DNA of 64,000 nt, from positions 310,001-374,000 of the forward strand of contig MU008174.1 of assembly GCA_010909165.1 (NCBI GenBank), written 5' to 3'. Shown piece by piece: positions 43,605 through 56,600 of this stretch (the first letter of the stretch is position 1; the number at the start of each line of letters is the position of its first letter). Under the pieces are notes generated by a model that was not told where the DNA came from, ran no database searches, and was given only the letters and a program-made list of their open reading frames with translations. The translations under genes and the position numbers were made by a program. The stretch comes from Anthoceros angustus. Lineage: Eukaryota; Plantae; Anthocerotophyta.

Positions 43605-44250
43605 AATTCACTCCACAGAGACTCTGACAACTCTCTGCACAAAGACTTGCACAACTCTGTGCACAAAGACTTGCACAACTCTGTGCACAAAGACTTGCAT
43701 AACGACTTGCACAACTCTCTGCACAAAGACTTGCACGGCTCTCTGCACAAAGACCTGCACAACTCTATGCACCAAGACTTGCACAACTGTCTGCAAAAAC
43801 ACTTGCACAACTCTCGGCCCAAAGAGTTGCACAACTCTATGCACAAAGACTTGCACAACTCTCTGCACAAAGACTTCTACAACTCTCTGCACAAAGAGTT
43901 GCACAACTCTCGGCCCAAAGAGTTGCACAAGTCTCTACCCAAAGAGTTGCACAACTCTCTGCACAAAGAGTTGCAGAACTCTCTGCACAAAGACTTGCAC
44001 AACTCTCTGCACAAAGACTTGCACAACTCTCTGCACAAAGACTTGCACAACTCTCTGCTCAAAGACTTGCACAACTCTCTGCACAAAGACTTGCACAACT
44101 CTCTGCACAAAGACTTGCACAACTCTCTGCACAAAGACTTGCACAACTCTCTGCCCAAAGACATGCACAACTCTCTGCACAAAGACTTGCACAACTCTCT
44201 GCCCAAAAACTTGCATAACTCTTTGCACAAAGACTTGCACAACTCTCTAC
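43605..44250. repeat. 24-bp minisatellite (aactctctgcacaaagacttgcac), ~27 copies
   Basis: Directly visible; translates as (HNSLHKDL)n. Confidence 0.92.
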
Positions 44251-44439
44251 GCTCTAAATCTTATGACTCAGCATTAGGCTAAAAGTAGCTCTCTCGTGAT
44301 GCAGCATCACGCATTAGGTTACAAATAGCTCGCAGTCAACTGATTACTTACAGACCACCTCATGACTACTTGCACATCACCTTGAGGAGGTGGTCCACCT
44401 CCTCGAGGTACTGCTCTAATTACTTGAAGACCACCTCCT

Positions 44440-44952
44440 CGAGGTGCTGCTCTTTATTTACAAAATAAACACTTGAGTTGGGCATAAAAATACACACTAG
44501 AGTTTGGCTATCTACGCCCAACCGGTTACTGCCCTTGGCCCTTGGCTCAAGGACAAGGTATAGATAGGCTTGAGTTGGGCATAGAAATACACACTTATTC
44601 TGGCTATCTACGCCTAACTGGCTAGGCTACTGACCTTAGCTCAAGGGCAAGCTCACTAGTTAGGCTATCTACAGCTCTCTCATCATAAGGCTTGCAGCGC
44701 ACAATGAATTGAATAATGTTAAGCTCTTGCTCTAGCCTAAACTACTCAAAGACAAGCTCAACGGTTCAATGACAAGGTACAAATAGGCTTGAGTTAGGCA
44801 TAGAAATACACAATTGAGTTTGGGTATCTACTATATATCCCACAAGCTCGCCCCAACTAGGCAGCTATTAACTCGGGGGATTCTTGCAAACATTGATCAC
44901 TAAGAGTTCTCTAGTCAGCTTTTCATTAGTGGCTGCAACAATTCTCTCTAAT
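44440..44952 (-). mobile_element. LTR-like fragment related to the Copia end at 29079
   Basis: 44855-44952 is an inverted homolog of 29079-29185; it has internal ttgagttgggcatagaaatacac repeats. Confidence 0.55.
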
Positions 44953-45511
44953 AAGAGATTGCACGAAGCTTGCAACACATGCATCTTCTTGACAAGGCAT
45001 ATACTAATTAACTTTTTACCTCTTTTATTTTTTCACCTTTTAATCTTATTTCACTAGTGCTGGTATTGTTTAAGGTGTATAAGAAAAGCTCGGATAAACC
45101 ATTTGCATACTTTGGTAGAAGGTTATATAAATTTTATGATATGAAGTGGAGAAATCGATGGTGGATTAAAAAGGTGGTTTCTGTAATGTGTGCATGACTA
45201 ATGAAGGCTGAGTTTGAAACTATTTTACAGAAGTAGTGGTCGAGGATGACATACTTCCTTTTACGTCTCTTGATTTGGTGGTGGCTTCTTGAAAGATTAA
45301 CTCAAGGAAGTTGTTGTGCGCTTGCTTATTTTATCTTTAAATCTCTTACAACATTACCTTTCCCTTGTCTTGTCATTCATTCCTACTTTTCTTCTTTCCT
45401 TTTTTTTGAAAAATTTTCAAATTTTAATTCATCAAAGACACTTTCCCATACAAATGATACACATAAAAAGGCCTGCAAAAAAATCAAACAAAGCTGAAAA
45501 CTTATGCGGTT

Positions 45512-45726
45512 AGGGCACCTGTCTTGGGCGAATGGTGGGCCTCAATATGGGCATTGGAGAGGAGCTGTGGCATGGACTTGTTGACAACCTATAGAGGGCA
45601 CCTGTCTTGGGCGAATGGTGGGCATCAATATGGAAATTAGAGAGGAGTTGTGGCATGGACTTGTTGCTGTGGTATGGAGTTGTTGACAGGCTGCAGAGGG
45701 CATCTGTCTTGGGTGAATGGTGGGAC
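45512..45726. repeat. Three degenerate copies (~85-100 bp) of gggcacctgtcttgggcgaatggtggg
   Basis: Copies at ~45512, ~45596 and ~45698. Confidence 0.7.
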
Positions 45727-46333
45727 TCATTGTTTATTGGGGTGTTTCCATTGAGTTTATATCGTTAAATAGTTTCTTGCGACTCAAATAGCAAAGCATA
45801 GAGATTGATGGAGTACATGATTTTTATGGACACTTTATTGAGAGAGGCGAGGTAGACTGAGTTTATTTATAACGACAACAATAAAAAAAGCCACCAAATT
45901 TTATGTTTAAAATTTTCTATAGCATATAGGATATCATAGCCAGAGAGATTGAATGACCTACATACCATTGAGGTTGTCCATCATGCATTTCCTGCTATTA
46001 GTAACATTCTTAGGATTGCCCTATCTACAAGTGTCCTTAGAAGCTAAGGATTACAACACAAGTGTCTTTCAAAGTTAAGGATTACCCTTGCAATTGCCCT
46101 TCGAAGAGCAATGTGTACTTGTTGTCGAAAGAATGTCGTGAAATAGGAAAAGAGTAGTTCCATGTATAAGATGCTTTGGCACAAGATTTGATAAATTTAT
46201 AAAAGTCCTTAGCCAAGGCCTCATAAATTTTCAAGGAAAGCGAGATGAGGAAGTGGCATACTTGCAGTTCCCTAATATAGTGACCTTGCAATTGGAAGTG
46301 ACCACTTCAATCACAGCTCATTCGGTACGTTGG

Positions 46334-46440
46334 CTAAGAGATGAAGTCCAGTGTACGCCGGTTAAGAGATGAAGTCCTGTGTACACCAGTTAAGAGATGA
46401 AGTCCTGTGTACACCCATTAAGAGATGAAGTCCTGTGTAG
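46334..46440. repeat. ~28-bp tandem repeat (ttaagagatgaagtcctgtgtacacc)
   Basis: Four copies. Confidence 0.8.
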
Positions 46441-46489
46441 ATATCTATCATCGAGATATGGCATTTGTCATCTCGGTGGTGCCAGTTAA

Positions 46490-47062
46490 GAGGTAGACAA
46501 AGGTTTAGAGACTTTATAAAGAAGAAGAAATGGGAAGACCCATCTACCCCAAGTCGATGGGGAACAACCCACAAGAGGGCCCAATGCCAAGGGGACTAGC
46601 CCCCACGAATGTTGAACACTGTAACTACCTATCAATCCAAGAATATCGTGGTTTGAGATAAGAAAAGGCCTACTTGTGACTGGTGCCGATGATGCCACAT
46701 CTCTTGCGCTCGTTGCCGTCCTGTAAATAGCATTGGCCCACACCCTTTGTAGGGCAATGATACCCGCTATCGCAAGAAAGCCACCATAGAGGAAGGGGGG
46801 AGAACTACCCCGCTCTAATGTCCCTTGTAGGCTTTAGCACAATCCTTTATGAGCCTTGAGAAATCCTTGCACATGGCCCCATGAGTCTCGATGGCAAGAG
46901 GGATAAAGGCATGGCCTTCCTGCATAGGTGTATATTTGGTCACTTTGCCTGTCGCGCATCACTCCGCCGTCTAACCGAGAGGATTGATGATGACATGCTC
47001 ACAAACGGTGTCTCGGGTAGGGTTTGTTACAACTACATATGCAATAGAGATTTAATTCCCCT
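46490..47062 (-). mobile_element. 5'-truncated CRE-clade non-LTR retrotransposon (restriction-like endonuclease C-terminus)
   Basis: Minus strand reads IAYVVVTNP...GKVTKY...FIPLAIETHG...LR*RVS/IALQRVWANAI, with stops and one frameshift. Confidence 0.65.
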
Positions 47063-47594
47063 GGTTAAGAGATAAAAGAGTCTTGTGTGGATATGACATT
47101 ATCACCGAGATGTGGCATTGTCACCTTTTTATCACCCAGATGTAGCATTGTTACCTCGCTCATCTCGGTGGCAGATGTGACATTTATCACTTGCGATGTG
47201 GCATTGTCATGTCGGTGGGAAATGCTACGAGAAGATGTCACTTTCATCACATTTGCCACCAAGAACTGTTTACCTCAAGGCAAAGTTTGACTGTCCGACT
47301 TGGAATTATGGAACCACTTTCACGGGCCATTGCAAACATGAATGGCATCTCCTTTCTCCTCCATTGCGATCAGGAACAAGATACATCCAAATACATCAAG
47401 GGCAGAACCACATTCAAAAGGAAGAAGGAAGGGGCCTTGTCCAAACCGCACTCAAAGGTAAGAAAGGAGCAGTATTTGTCAGAGCTGCATTTGCGGGTAA
47501 AAGGGAAGAGTCTTGTCACAGCAGCAGGACTCGTGTCATAGCCACATTCAAAGGTAAAGAAGGGAGTTTGTCGGAGCAGCAAAAGGATTGTCAC

Positions 47595-48043
47595 CAGGGT
47601 GTCATTTTGACCCCGTCCCAAGCTCGGTCCCGGTCCCCGCATGTGTTAAAAAAAACATGGGACCGGAGGTTCTTCAGGAGTCCGATCCCCACCCTCGGTC
47701 CCCGAAAAAATCGGGGACCGAGGGTTCATAAAAGGTCCGGTTTAAAATTAGTAAATTACTCAATTTTATATCCAAGGATTTATATTTATTATGGACACAT
47801 GGACTCATCTTATAATTGATATGGTCATAAACACACTTACCATTGATCTATGGACTGTATATTTTTATATTATTTTTTATAAATTATTTATTTAGTAATT
47901 TGGGTGACCAAGGGTGACCATATTTATTATATTTAGTGACCAAGGTCGCAAAAAGGCACGGTCCCTGCTCGGTCCGGGACCGAGCGTAGCCAGGCTAGGC
48001 GGTCCCGGGGACTGAGATAGTACTCGGTCAAAATGACACCCTG
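47595..48043. mobile_element. Non-autonomous hAT element (MITE), 449 bp
   Basis: Perfect 18-bp TIRs cagggtgtcattttgacc / ggtcaaaatgacaccctg, 8-bp TSD attgtcac (47587-47594 and 48044-48051), and subterminal ggtccc motifs. Confidence 0.92.
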
Positions 48044-48326
48044 ATTGTCACCCATTATACGACAACGAGCAAGATGCGCTGCATACGCATCAAGGACAGC
48101 TCCAAACACAGCGGGGACAGAGCTGCCAAGTCACATGTAAGACCGAAAGAGTCCACGTTGAGGATAGAGCCACATTCACATGCAAGAAGCGAGGAGTCCT
48201 TCACAGGTGGTGAGAGCCTTTATGAGATTGTTGGATTTGTGAGGCAAGCTCTCCGCAGCAAGTTGGTTTGAATGATGTTCTAAAAAGAGAGGAATGAAGT
48301 CATTTACGATGGCGAATTAGACACTA

Positions 48327-50824
48327 CTATTTAGCTTGTTTCTTCGTTGTCTTGGGCGATGCCTTCGACCGTTTAACAGCTACTACCTGCATAAGAGACG
48401 GTCACTATCAACCTTGACCGGACCGATGGCAAGCATACCCTGGAGTATTTAACGTTCAACTGATATGACGGTCATACCTTGCTCCCTGCTTTACTTGCCC
48501 TGCCCACCTTCACAACTTTTGTCTTCTTTACTACAACTTTCTTCGCCACTTTCTGTACAACAACGGGATTAGGGAAGCTAGAAGTGCAAAAATGCTCAGA
48601 GCATCAACAGCCCCAATCATCCTCACCTGTTTTGTTTGACTTGCTTTCTTGGCCTTCTTTGCAGACTCTACAGATGCAGTACCAACTCCATCGTCCTGAG
48701 CAGGTGGTTGTGTACTTGGTCGGACCCCCTCGTCATCAGACCCCAATGTGAAGCCGTCAAGAGTTCCTGCACTTTCCACGCTGTTTGAGAAACTATCGAC
48801 TCCTAAGCCAGCAGAGCACTTGACCACTGAAATGTAAAAATTGCATGCTATGCAGCTATGAGCCCATTGCAGCAAAATAGGCACCGACCTTCAACCATGG
48901 TCTCATCTTCATGCCTGTTGGTGTCTACCCTAAGCTGCATGAAATCACTCATTACAGCCTCCACCTGTCACGACCAAAGCATCTTACTTCATTTGCCCAT
49001 CTTACTTATCCTCACTGGGCACAGAAAAGCACAAAAGGCACACTGAAGGGGCTGGTCAAGATACAGTCTTTCAAGTAACTGCACGAATCTGTAAGCTTGA
49101 AACAAGATTTGATGCCACACAAACCACACTCTAGTATGAAAACTGTCTATAACCCACCTTTGCCTCATTCGGGCCGATATTCACCTGCAAGAAGATTACT
49201 CTGCATTACTCAAGGCATCCATGACCTTCAAACCTTCGAGCAGATATTGGAAGGGAAAGCTAGAAAGTAAGTTCAATAATCATGCACATTATTCCGGTAG
49301 CTTGCAGAAGGCAGGTAATTCTGATGCTTACCACCATAAATGTACTCGAAGGCACGATGCCAGCTCGGTAAATGACCCCTACACATCAGGTAAAGGAGAT
49401 AATAATGCAACCATAACGTCCAATTTGGGTGATGGTGTCCTGTGGCATATGCATCATGACATTGTAGTACAGTAGATACCTGCCTAAGAGACATATACCT
49501 TTCAGGTCCACAAGAAGTTCATCCGCATTCTTCCCAGAGACAGAGAAGCGGCCAACTGCACCCATGTCTCCACTCAGATCCAGAGAATCCCCCTCACATT
49601 CGACGAGCACCTAGTCCACGACTATTGGAAACAGCATCAGAAACCCTTCTGCGATGCTTCTTCGAAACGAGATTGCTTCCAACAAGAGGTACCACTGACA
49701 GGCATACCTTGGTTAAATGCACTTTCTCAGGGAAAACCAATGGCAAGCACGAAGGCACCTGAGAGTATGCGGAATCGAATCAAGCAGAAGGGTCAGTCTA
49801 GAGGGGGACCAAAGGGTTTCAATAGTTTAAATGACCACTTATCAAAGGTCAGTACCTCACCTTTGCCTTTGCCCGTGGTTCTTGTGAGCCGACAATGTCC
49901 TCCTCATTTTTTAGGTCAGCACCTTCCTCAGTTCCTAAATCGTCAGGCCGGGAGCCCACTATGTCAGATTGAGAAGCGATCACATCAGGTTGAGAGGCAA
50001 CCACGTTCTGTTGAGAGTCCTCAATTTCCCGCTGAGATTCAACCACTTCCACTTCCAGCACAGGAGCTTCAGATTCTTGAGATAGGAGTCTCGCATCAAA
50101 CAGACTACTCAAAGTAGCCTGTCTAAACGACTTTTTAACTGTGCTCTTCTTCTCCTTCGGTACGCTGGGAGGCTTTCCGGAATCCGCTGCAGGATTTCTC
50201 TTCACACTTGCAGAGGACATCCTTGACAGTCCACCCACCCTTGGGCCATCATCATCATCATCATCCAGAATCACAGTCTTATCAGGAGACGGCTGCACCA
50301 CTTCCTTCCGCTTCTTGGAGGGGGGAGCCCCACGTTTGCTACCTGCCTCCTTCCTCTTTGCATTTTCTCTTGGTGTCCCCTCTTTCTTTCCAGAACCTTG
50401 CTTCTGAGAGGACGCTTTCCCAGATAGCTCTGGACTATGAACATTGACCGCGACCCCCACGGAAGACCCGCTTGATTTTCCACCCCGCTCTTCCCTGATA
50501 TCGCTTTTTGCTGAGGAGCTTGAAGGGGACGAGGGTACACTGTAGCTCTCGGGAGCCTGCCAACACATTCAAACACTGATGCCATGGCTGCCAGAGCAAT
50601 CAAATCCATCTCAACAACACAAAGAGCATATACTCCTGAGCTTTACCACAAGAGATGGAACAAGTGAGCCAGATGATGTGCGACACGTTTTTCACAACCC
50701 ACAGCCCACAGCAAGAGCCACAATGTCACAGAGCCAGAAGCATCTGCTCCACAAACCTGGAAGAGCATACCTGGAAGTCACGAAGCCAATCCGGTGATTT
50801 AGGCCGGCCAGTATCTGTGTCCAT
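48327..50824 (-). CDS. BIN4: BIN4/MIDGET, DNA topoisomerase VI accessory subunit
   Basis: N-terminal SPDWLRDFQ|AP, LVFPEKVH, LVECEGDSLDLSGDMGAVGR, LVDLKG, IVPSSTF, EAK|VEAVMSDFMQL, TLDGF, Lys-rich tail. Confidence 0.88.
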
Positions 50825-50890
50825 AACTCGAGCTTCAAGTGTTTCTCAAAGGACTCATACTCAACCCTGCAGAATCCAGCTCAGCCACGC

Positions 50891-51285
50891 TCATTCAGAA
50901 GTTGTCTCCGCCTGCCTTGGAGATGCTGGTGCAGCAGCTGAAGCTGAAGCTGCCTCCGCTTCTTTGACTTTCTCAGCCCAGTACTGCGCAAGAGGTGGGC
51001 CAAATATGAAGTGCCCAGACCAGACCCCTATCCTGCTCCACGACCATACTCCAAAACCTCAGTACCTCATCACACCATCATTCAACACTCCAAACCTCAC
51101 CAAACTTCCTCTCCCCATTCTAAGCTGTGCCCACACACTTCCAAGAACCCCCAAGGCGTTATAAGCTACTCCTGATCTTGCAAGCATGCTAAGAAACAAA
51201 AATCTGCTCACGATTCCAAGGACGAAGAACCGCACCCAATGGCGCCCAGCACAAGGGGTACAGGGAGGCGAGGCCGGCGATACAT
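50891..51285 (-). CDS. 63-aa PIGBOS1-like single-pass micropeptide (2 exons: 51285-51236, 51032-50891)
   Basis: A GT-AG splice gives MYRRPRLPVPLVLGAIGIGVWSGHFIFGPPLAQYWAEKVKEAEAASASAAAPASPRQAETTSE*, compared with human PIGBOS [32 protein letters not shown]. Confidence 0.7.
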
Positions 51286-51802
51286 GAAGGACAGAATTAC
51301 ACTTCCCTCGTCCCACCCTCCTGACGTTCTGCTGCCTGAAAAATCTGAGCAGCGACCCAAAAACAATTTCACAGCAGGCAGCAGCGGGCTCCTGTCCGAT
51401 CGGGCCTGGCCTAACCTAAGTCCTCTCGCCGGATTATCGTTCGGGATTCTCGGGGCAGGTGGGAGATTGTCGGAGGTTCTCCATCCTACTGTATTCTATA
51501 GATCAAAACGATCATCTCGAGCAGCCTCGATTTACATACAGTAATCCCCACCAAGAATCTGTTCGTTCCCGACGCAGGCAAACCCAAAACTCGGCGAGGA
51601 TGAAGGCCGCACGCTCGCATAATTGGACGTCTGTTGTTATGAGATTCAAATTGGGTCCGAGGTGGGGCGGGTCAGATCTGCTTCGGAACGCTCTATCAAC
51701 GAGCCAGCGATCAGAGCCGTTCTGAAGGGCGAGGCAAGAAGAAGCCTGGTGTTGTGAGGGCAGCAGACTGGAGCAGGAGGCTGAGGGTGGAGGTTGCTAG
51801 AT

Positions 51803-53329
51803 ATGGGGTCCAACCAGGCCGCCAATGCGGCGGCTCAAGCAGCCAAGACCGGGCTCGGGATTCTCTTCAGCGCAACCAAATCTACCATTAGCGCAGTTGC
51901 AACGGGAGTGTCCATAGCCAGACAGAAGTACGCAGACAAGCATGAATCGGACACGCTGAAAGAGCTGCGAGCCAAGGGCTCTCCCGTGGATGCCATGTTT
52001 GCGGTGCTGAGGAGAATCTACTACTTGTATCTGGCAGGGTACAAGTACGAACTCGCTGCTGCGTCGCAGCAGATTGCGAAACGGCTGGTATGTGCTACAA
52101 ATCCGAAGTTGGATGTTGGAACATGCAGAGGGGAGTAGGATTTGCTTGAGAATGTGAGAGTGGGAGCAGCATTTTAGGCAAAAGCATGCCGAGGTGACAA
52201 GGGCTCCTGCCTATGTGGTCTGTCCATCATCGTGCTGTGTGCGCAGACTGAGCCTGAAAAGTCCAGTGTCCCACTTGATGCAGTAATTGTTGCTGGGCAC
52301 GTGCTGTGTGATGAGGCGCTCAAGTTTGGCGACTTTGAGCAAGGCAAGTTCTCACAAGGTTTGCAAGATTTCGTGAACAAGACGAGGATGGGGAAGGATC
52401 ACTACGACAGGGATATGCTGACGCATGACTTCTACTATGCAGTGCTGCTGTGTAGTGAGGTAAGTATGTGCATGTGTAATGGCATGTGACATGCAAACTT
52501 TGTAGAGACTGCAGGCATCTTGGTTGGGGCGCCTTGCTCGTCGGTTTAACTGGATGTCTGTTATGGCATCAGACGCATGGATCAGACTGGGCTGCAATAG
52601 AGCAGATTTTTCGAGAGGCTGTTGGTCGGCTTGTCGAGTTCACGAGGGGCGCAATCCACGAGGACGGTACAGAAGAGCTGCGGTGAGGGCTTCTCGATGC
52701 CGACATGGTGGAGATGGGTTCAGGTTATTAGCTGTATGTCAGGGACAGGATTTTGGGCTAATTGACGTCTTGCTGCATGCATTGCAGCACGAAAGCAGCA
52801 AAGGCCGTCTTCTCGTATGCGAAAGCTATAAAGACGGCTGGCCAGGAGACTGAACAGAAGAGGCAGAGGGAGCTGAAAGAAGCAGAGATGTTGATGAAGA
52901 AGGAGCAGGAACGGCAATCACGTAAGTGCTGGCCATGGTCACCTGTTTTGCAGCAGAATTTTAGTTGTGACAGCTGCTTTGTCGACTTAAACCTGTGTGT
53001 GTGTCTGCTGTGGGTTCGGTGCAGGCACCGCACCAAGGGTTCACAGACACTAGATTTCGTCAGTGTCCACTCACCATAGCCACTTTGCCTGATTACATGT
53101 CATGTTCCTTGTGATGCTTCTCATTTCTGATACTAGAGGCAAGTGGCTCGAGGCCACATTGAATGTGAGTTGCGCGAGAGGTGAAGGAAAGCAGGGCTCA
53201 AGATCATGGCTGCTGGAGAGAAGCCAGTTGGAGGAGTGCCTCCCTATGAGACCAAGGATCGACCTGTGGAGGATGGGAGGATGGAGCCAATGGCAAAACG
53301 AAGAGCAACTGATAGAATTCATCCGCTAA
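51803..53329 (+). CDS. Multi-exon protein of unknown function (3' end uncertain)
   Basis: In-frame spliceable exons: MGSNQAAN...IAKRL | AKACRG...LLCSE | THGSDW...EELR | TKAAK...KEQERQS. Confidence 0.6.
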
Positions 53330-53744
53330 AAATGTCACTGCCCGCTAGAGGAATTAGTCAGTCTGTATATTGGCAAGATGATGGTTTCAATAAATATGTC
53401 GTATGCATCTGGAATGCCCTGGTGCCTTCCGTGAGGAGAAATGTGTTTCCGTGATGATGTCAAGCTGCTCTCATCTAGGCGTGCTGTTGGCTGAGATAGC
53501 CATGCATTTCCGAGTCTAAGTCCTAAGACCTCTACCAGTGATCATCTCTCCAGACTCCTGTACATGAAGAGCCTATAACCAATCCTCAAGAAGGACGTTG
53601 AAGTAAAAAGCTGGGAAATCTGGAATCGCCCAAGGAACCGGGTTTTCAAGCAAATGTTGATCACCTCCTGCCACGGGGAGCCACTCGAGCGCCCGGCCCT
53701 GCAAAATGTGCAACGGAATGAGAGTTGGTAGGAACGCCTGTGGA

Positions 53745-56600
53745 TCAGCAGGTTGTATGTGCGCTTGAACCTTGAAGCCGCTGGGCGTAACGTACTCGTC
53801 TGCCTTGATGACCTTGAGGTGGGTTCATATGTGCTTCCACCTTGGGGCCAATCTCACGATTCAGAATGCTGGGCTCGTCTTTGGCAACCTCCTGTATGGC
53901 AGCGTCTTTTACAGTCTTGAGGACCTCATCCACCTTCTCCTAAAGTGAGCAGCAGAGAATGTGAGTGCATTGCATACCCTTTCAGAGATATGTAAGCTGG
54001 CAAGTCTCTTACCTCGTCCCAGAGACCACATTTGGAGCAAGTTCTACAGGGCTCGTTGGGCTGCATTCGGGCATGCTGCACCACAACATTTTAGGTCTCA
54101 ATCACAAACAAGGGCCAAAAGCAGATAGGCACTGGAACACTGCAGAACAATTGAGTTACCTGGCAAAAGTGGTCATAATCATTAATTGTCTTCCGACACA
54201 GGTAGCACATAGCTCGCCCACACCTGCACACAACCTGAGAACCCCCCACATAAGACTGTGCGTACATCTACTTCAGGACATCAGAACAGGTCAGCATGCA
54301 TGACTAGCTGACCTTGTTGCAGCCATCGGCTTTCACAAGCTCCGCTTTGCATGCGGTACACACTCTGATGATAGCCTTTGACATGGCCTGAGAGTACACA
54401 ATCAGGTCAGTTCCAGTTTTGCAATTGTGCTCCGATGTGCACTTCAACGTGCGACGAAGGGATGGGAACCAATCCACAAACAAATCCAGGAATCAGTCCA
54501 CTTGCCTCCTCAATACGCCGACGATGTGAGGTTTCTGTAACCTGTAGGGAGAAGAGTAAAGAGTTACTGTAGGCTCTGTATCAGGAACAGCAGGACCTGA
54601 TTTTTGAACCAAGAGGTGCTTAACATGTCAATACCTTCCGCGTTGAGATTTGAGCATACCTTCTCTACCTCCTCACAGCGTAGTGGGAGGTGGTCTGGTT
54701 CCTTGCAGAACAGGCATGAAGCCTGGTTCACGAACAGTGAGTAAGCACAGTATTAGTATTCATGACAACGAATGAAAACAGACACAAACACAAGCCAGCA
54801 AACCTTGCCAACAGTGAAAGCCCAGCTTTGTCACCTTTCTACATTGACTATTGGGGCAGTATAGAACTTTCATGTCGGCCTCAACTTCAACTGCCAAGTT
54901 ACAGGAAGGGCAATACATCTGCCAAGCGACACAATAGTTGGAATGGTGCTACAGAAAAGAGCTAAGCCGAGCATACAGCACAGGATATCTATCAGAAATT
55001 CTCAAGGACGAGGCAGCAAGCACCACGCCAAACCTCATGTGGTGTTTTCATTTGAGCATTAAGTGGCACAGACAGTGTTTGTGGTAAGCACCACTGTCTG
55101 TGGTGAGCACCACTGCACAGACAGTGGAGCTTACCAATACTTTTCATACAAACAATTTTACAGTGATAAATAACTCACCAGCCTTTCAATCTTGGCACGG
55201 GCTACTGAATCCTCAGCCTGTCGCTGCTCATACTTTATGAGCAGATCTCCGGGAAGAGCTCGATTGAGCTATACATAACAGCACCACAAAAGGCAAAGTA
55301 TTAGCCCCCATCAGACATGACATGATGGCCTATGCAGGCAATACTTCCTACCTCAGAAAGCGGAAATGACTCTTCACAGCCACTGGTATCCATGCAGGGC
55401 AGTGAGCCGCACGCTTTGACGCCCCCAAAAATAGACTCTTCTACTCGCCTCCGCAAACACCCAAAGCAAAAAAGGTGCCCATCAGCGCACTGCACACCAT
55501 TGACACAGACAAAAAACTTTCAGAACCCATTGCCACCAACATCATGTATAGAGTACTATCCAGAACATTAGACTGTGACACAGAATAGACCAAAGAGGTA
55601 CCTGCACCATTTCCTCAAATGGAAGGTCAGCACAGCAACACCCACACTCTATAACGTGGGAGCCACTATGAGATCCTTCTTCATTGCCGATCTGGCCCAG
55701 TGACTGAGACAGTTCGTCCTTCAGACTAGCGAATTCCTTCTGAAAACGTAGGCATTCTTTTGCCACACCATTCTGGGTAATTACCCTAGGTTTCTTCAGA
55801 AGATTAAGCCTCCCATTCGGCAGCCACCTGACTCGTCCTGTCTCTGGCTCTGACAAGAGAAACAATCAGTAACCCAAAACGCCAATCCCAAAACAGACCC
55901 TACATCCATCTCTACTTCAATCATAAAAACTCACAGACCAGTAATGAAGGACCAGAAAGGAAAGCACGCTACCATTCACTGCCGCACCCGGATATTCAAT
56001 GGCAGTAGCCCTCTGATACTCCGCCTGAACAGCCCTGAATGCCGGGGCAAGTCTTCCTCCATGTTCAGCCAAAGCATCATTCAAATCAGGTAGTCGTGCT
56101 CGCGGGAACCTCCCTCTCAGAAATTCCATGCAATGCTCCTCATACAACTTCTGTTGTTCCCCAGCCCCAGACTCTGCCTCTGTACCGACATCACCCTCCT
56201 CAGAATCCGAAAGACAGTAGGGCTGCTCTGCTGTCCCTAATTGGCCAGCACCTCGGGGAGCCCCCGACGCCTCTCCACGCTCCCGAACATACTTCGCGAC
56301 CTGTCTCACAACTTCACCCTCGTTATAACGCTCCGACAAAGGATACAGAAGCGTCGACAATACCTCGGACCTCACCTTCGGGAACTCCGTCCTCAATCCA
56401 CGGCCCCGAGACTTGGCCGTGGTTCTGGAGGACGACTCAGCTCCATCGCTACTGGATCCTCCACGCAGATCATGGTTTAGGTCAAACCTGGGACGCTTGC
56501 CCTGACCAGCCCAGGACTGCTCCACTTCCACCTTATGCTTCCCTTTGTCACGCTTCCGACTCCTGCCTTCACGATTACTGCAAAAATCAGCAGTGGCCAT
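53745..56600 (-). CDS. RBR E3 ubiquitin ligase, RNF216/TRIAD3-like
   Basis: RING1 IECGCC...[12 protein letters not shown]...[32 protein letters not shown]2 CTAC...LVKADGCNK...CYLCR. Start uncertain. Confidence 0.85.
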
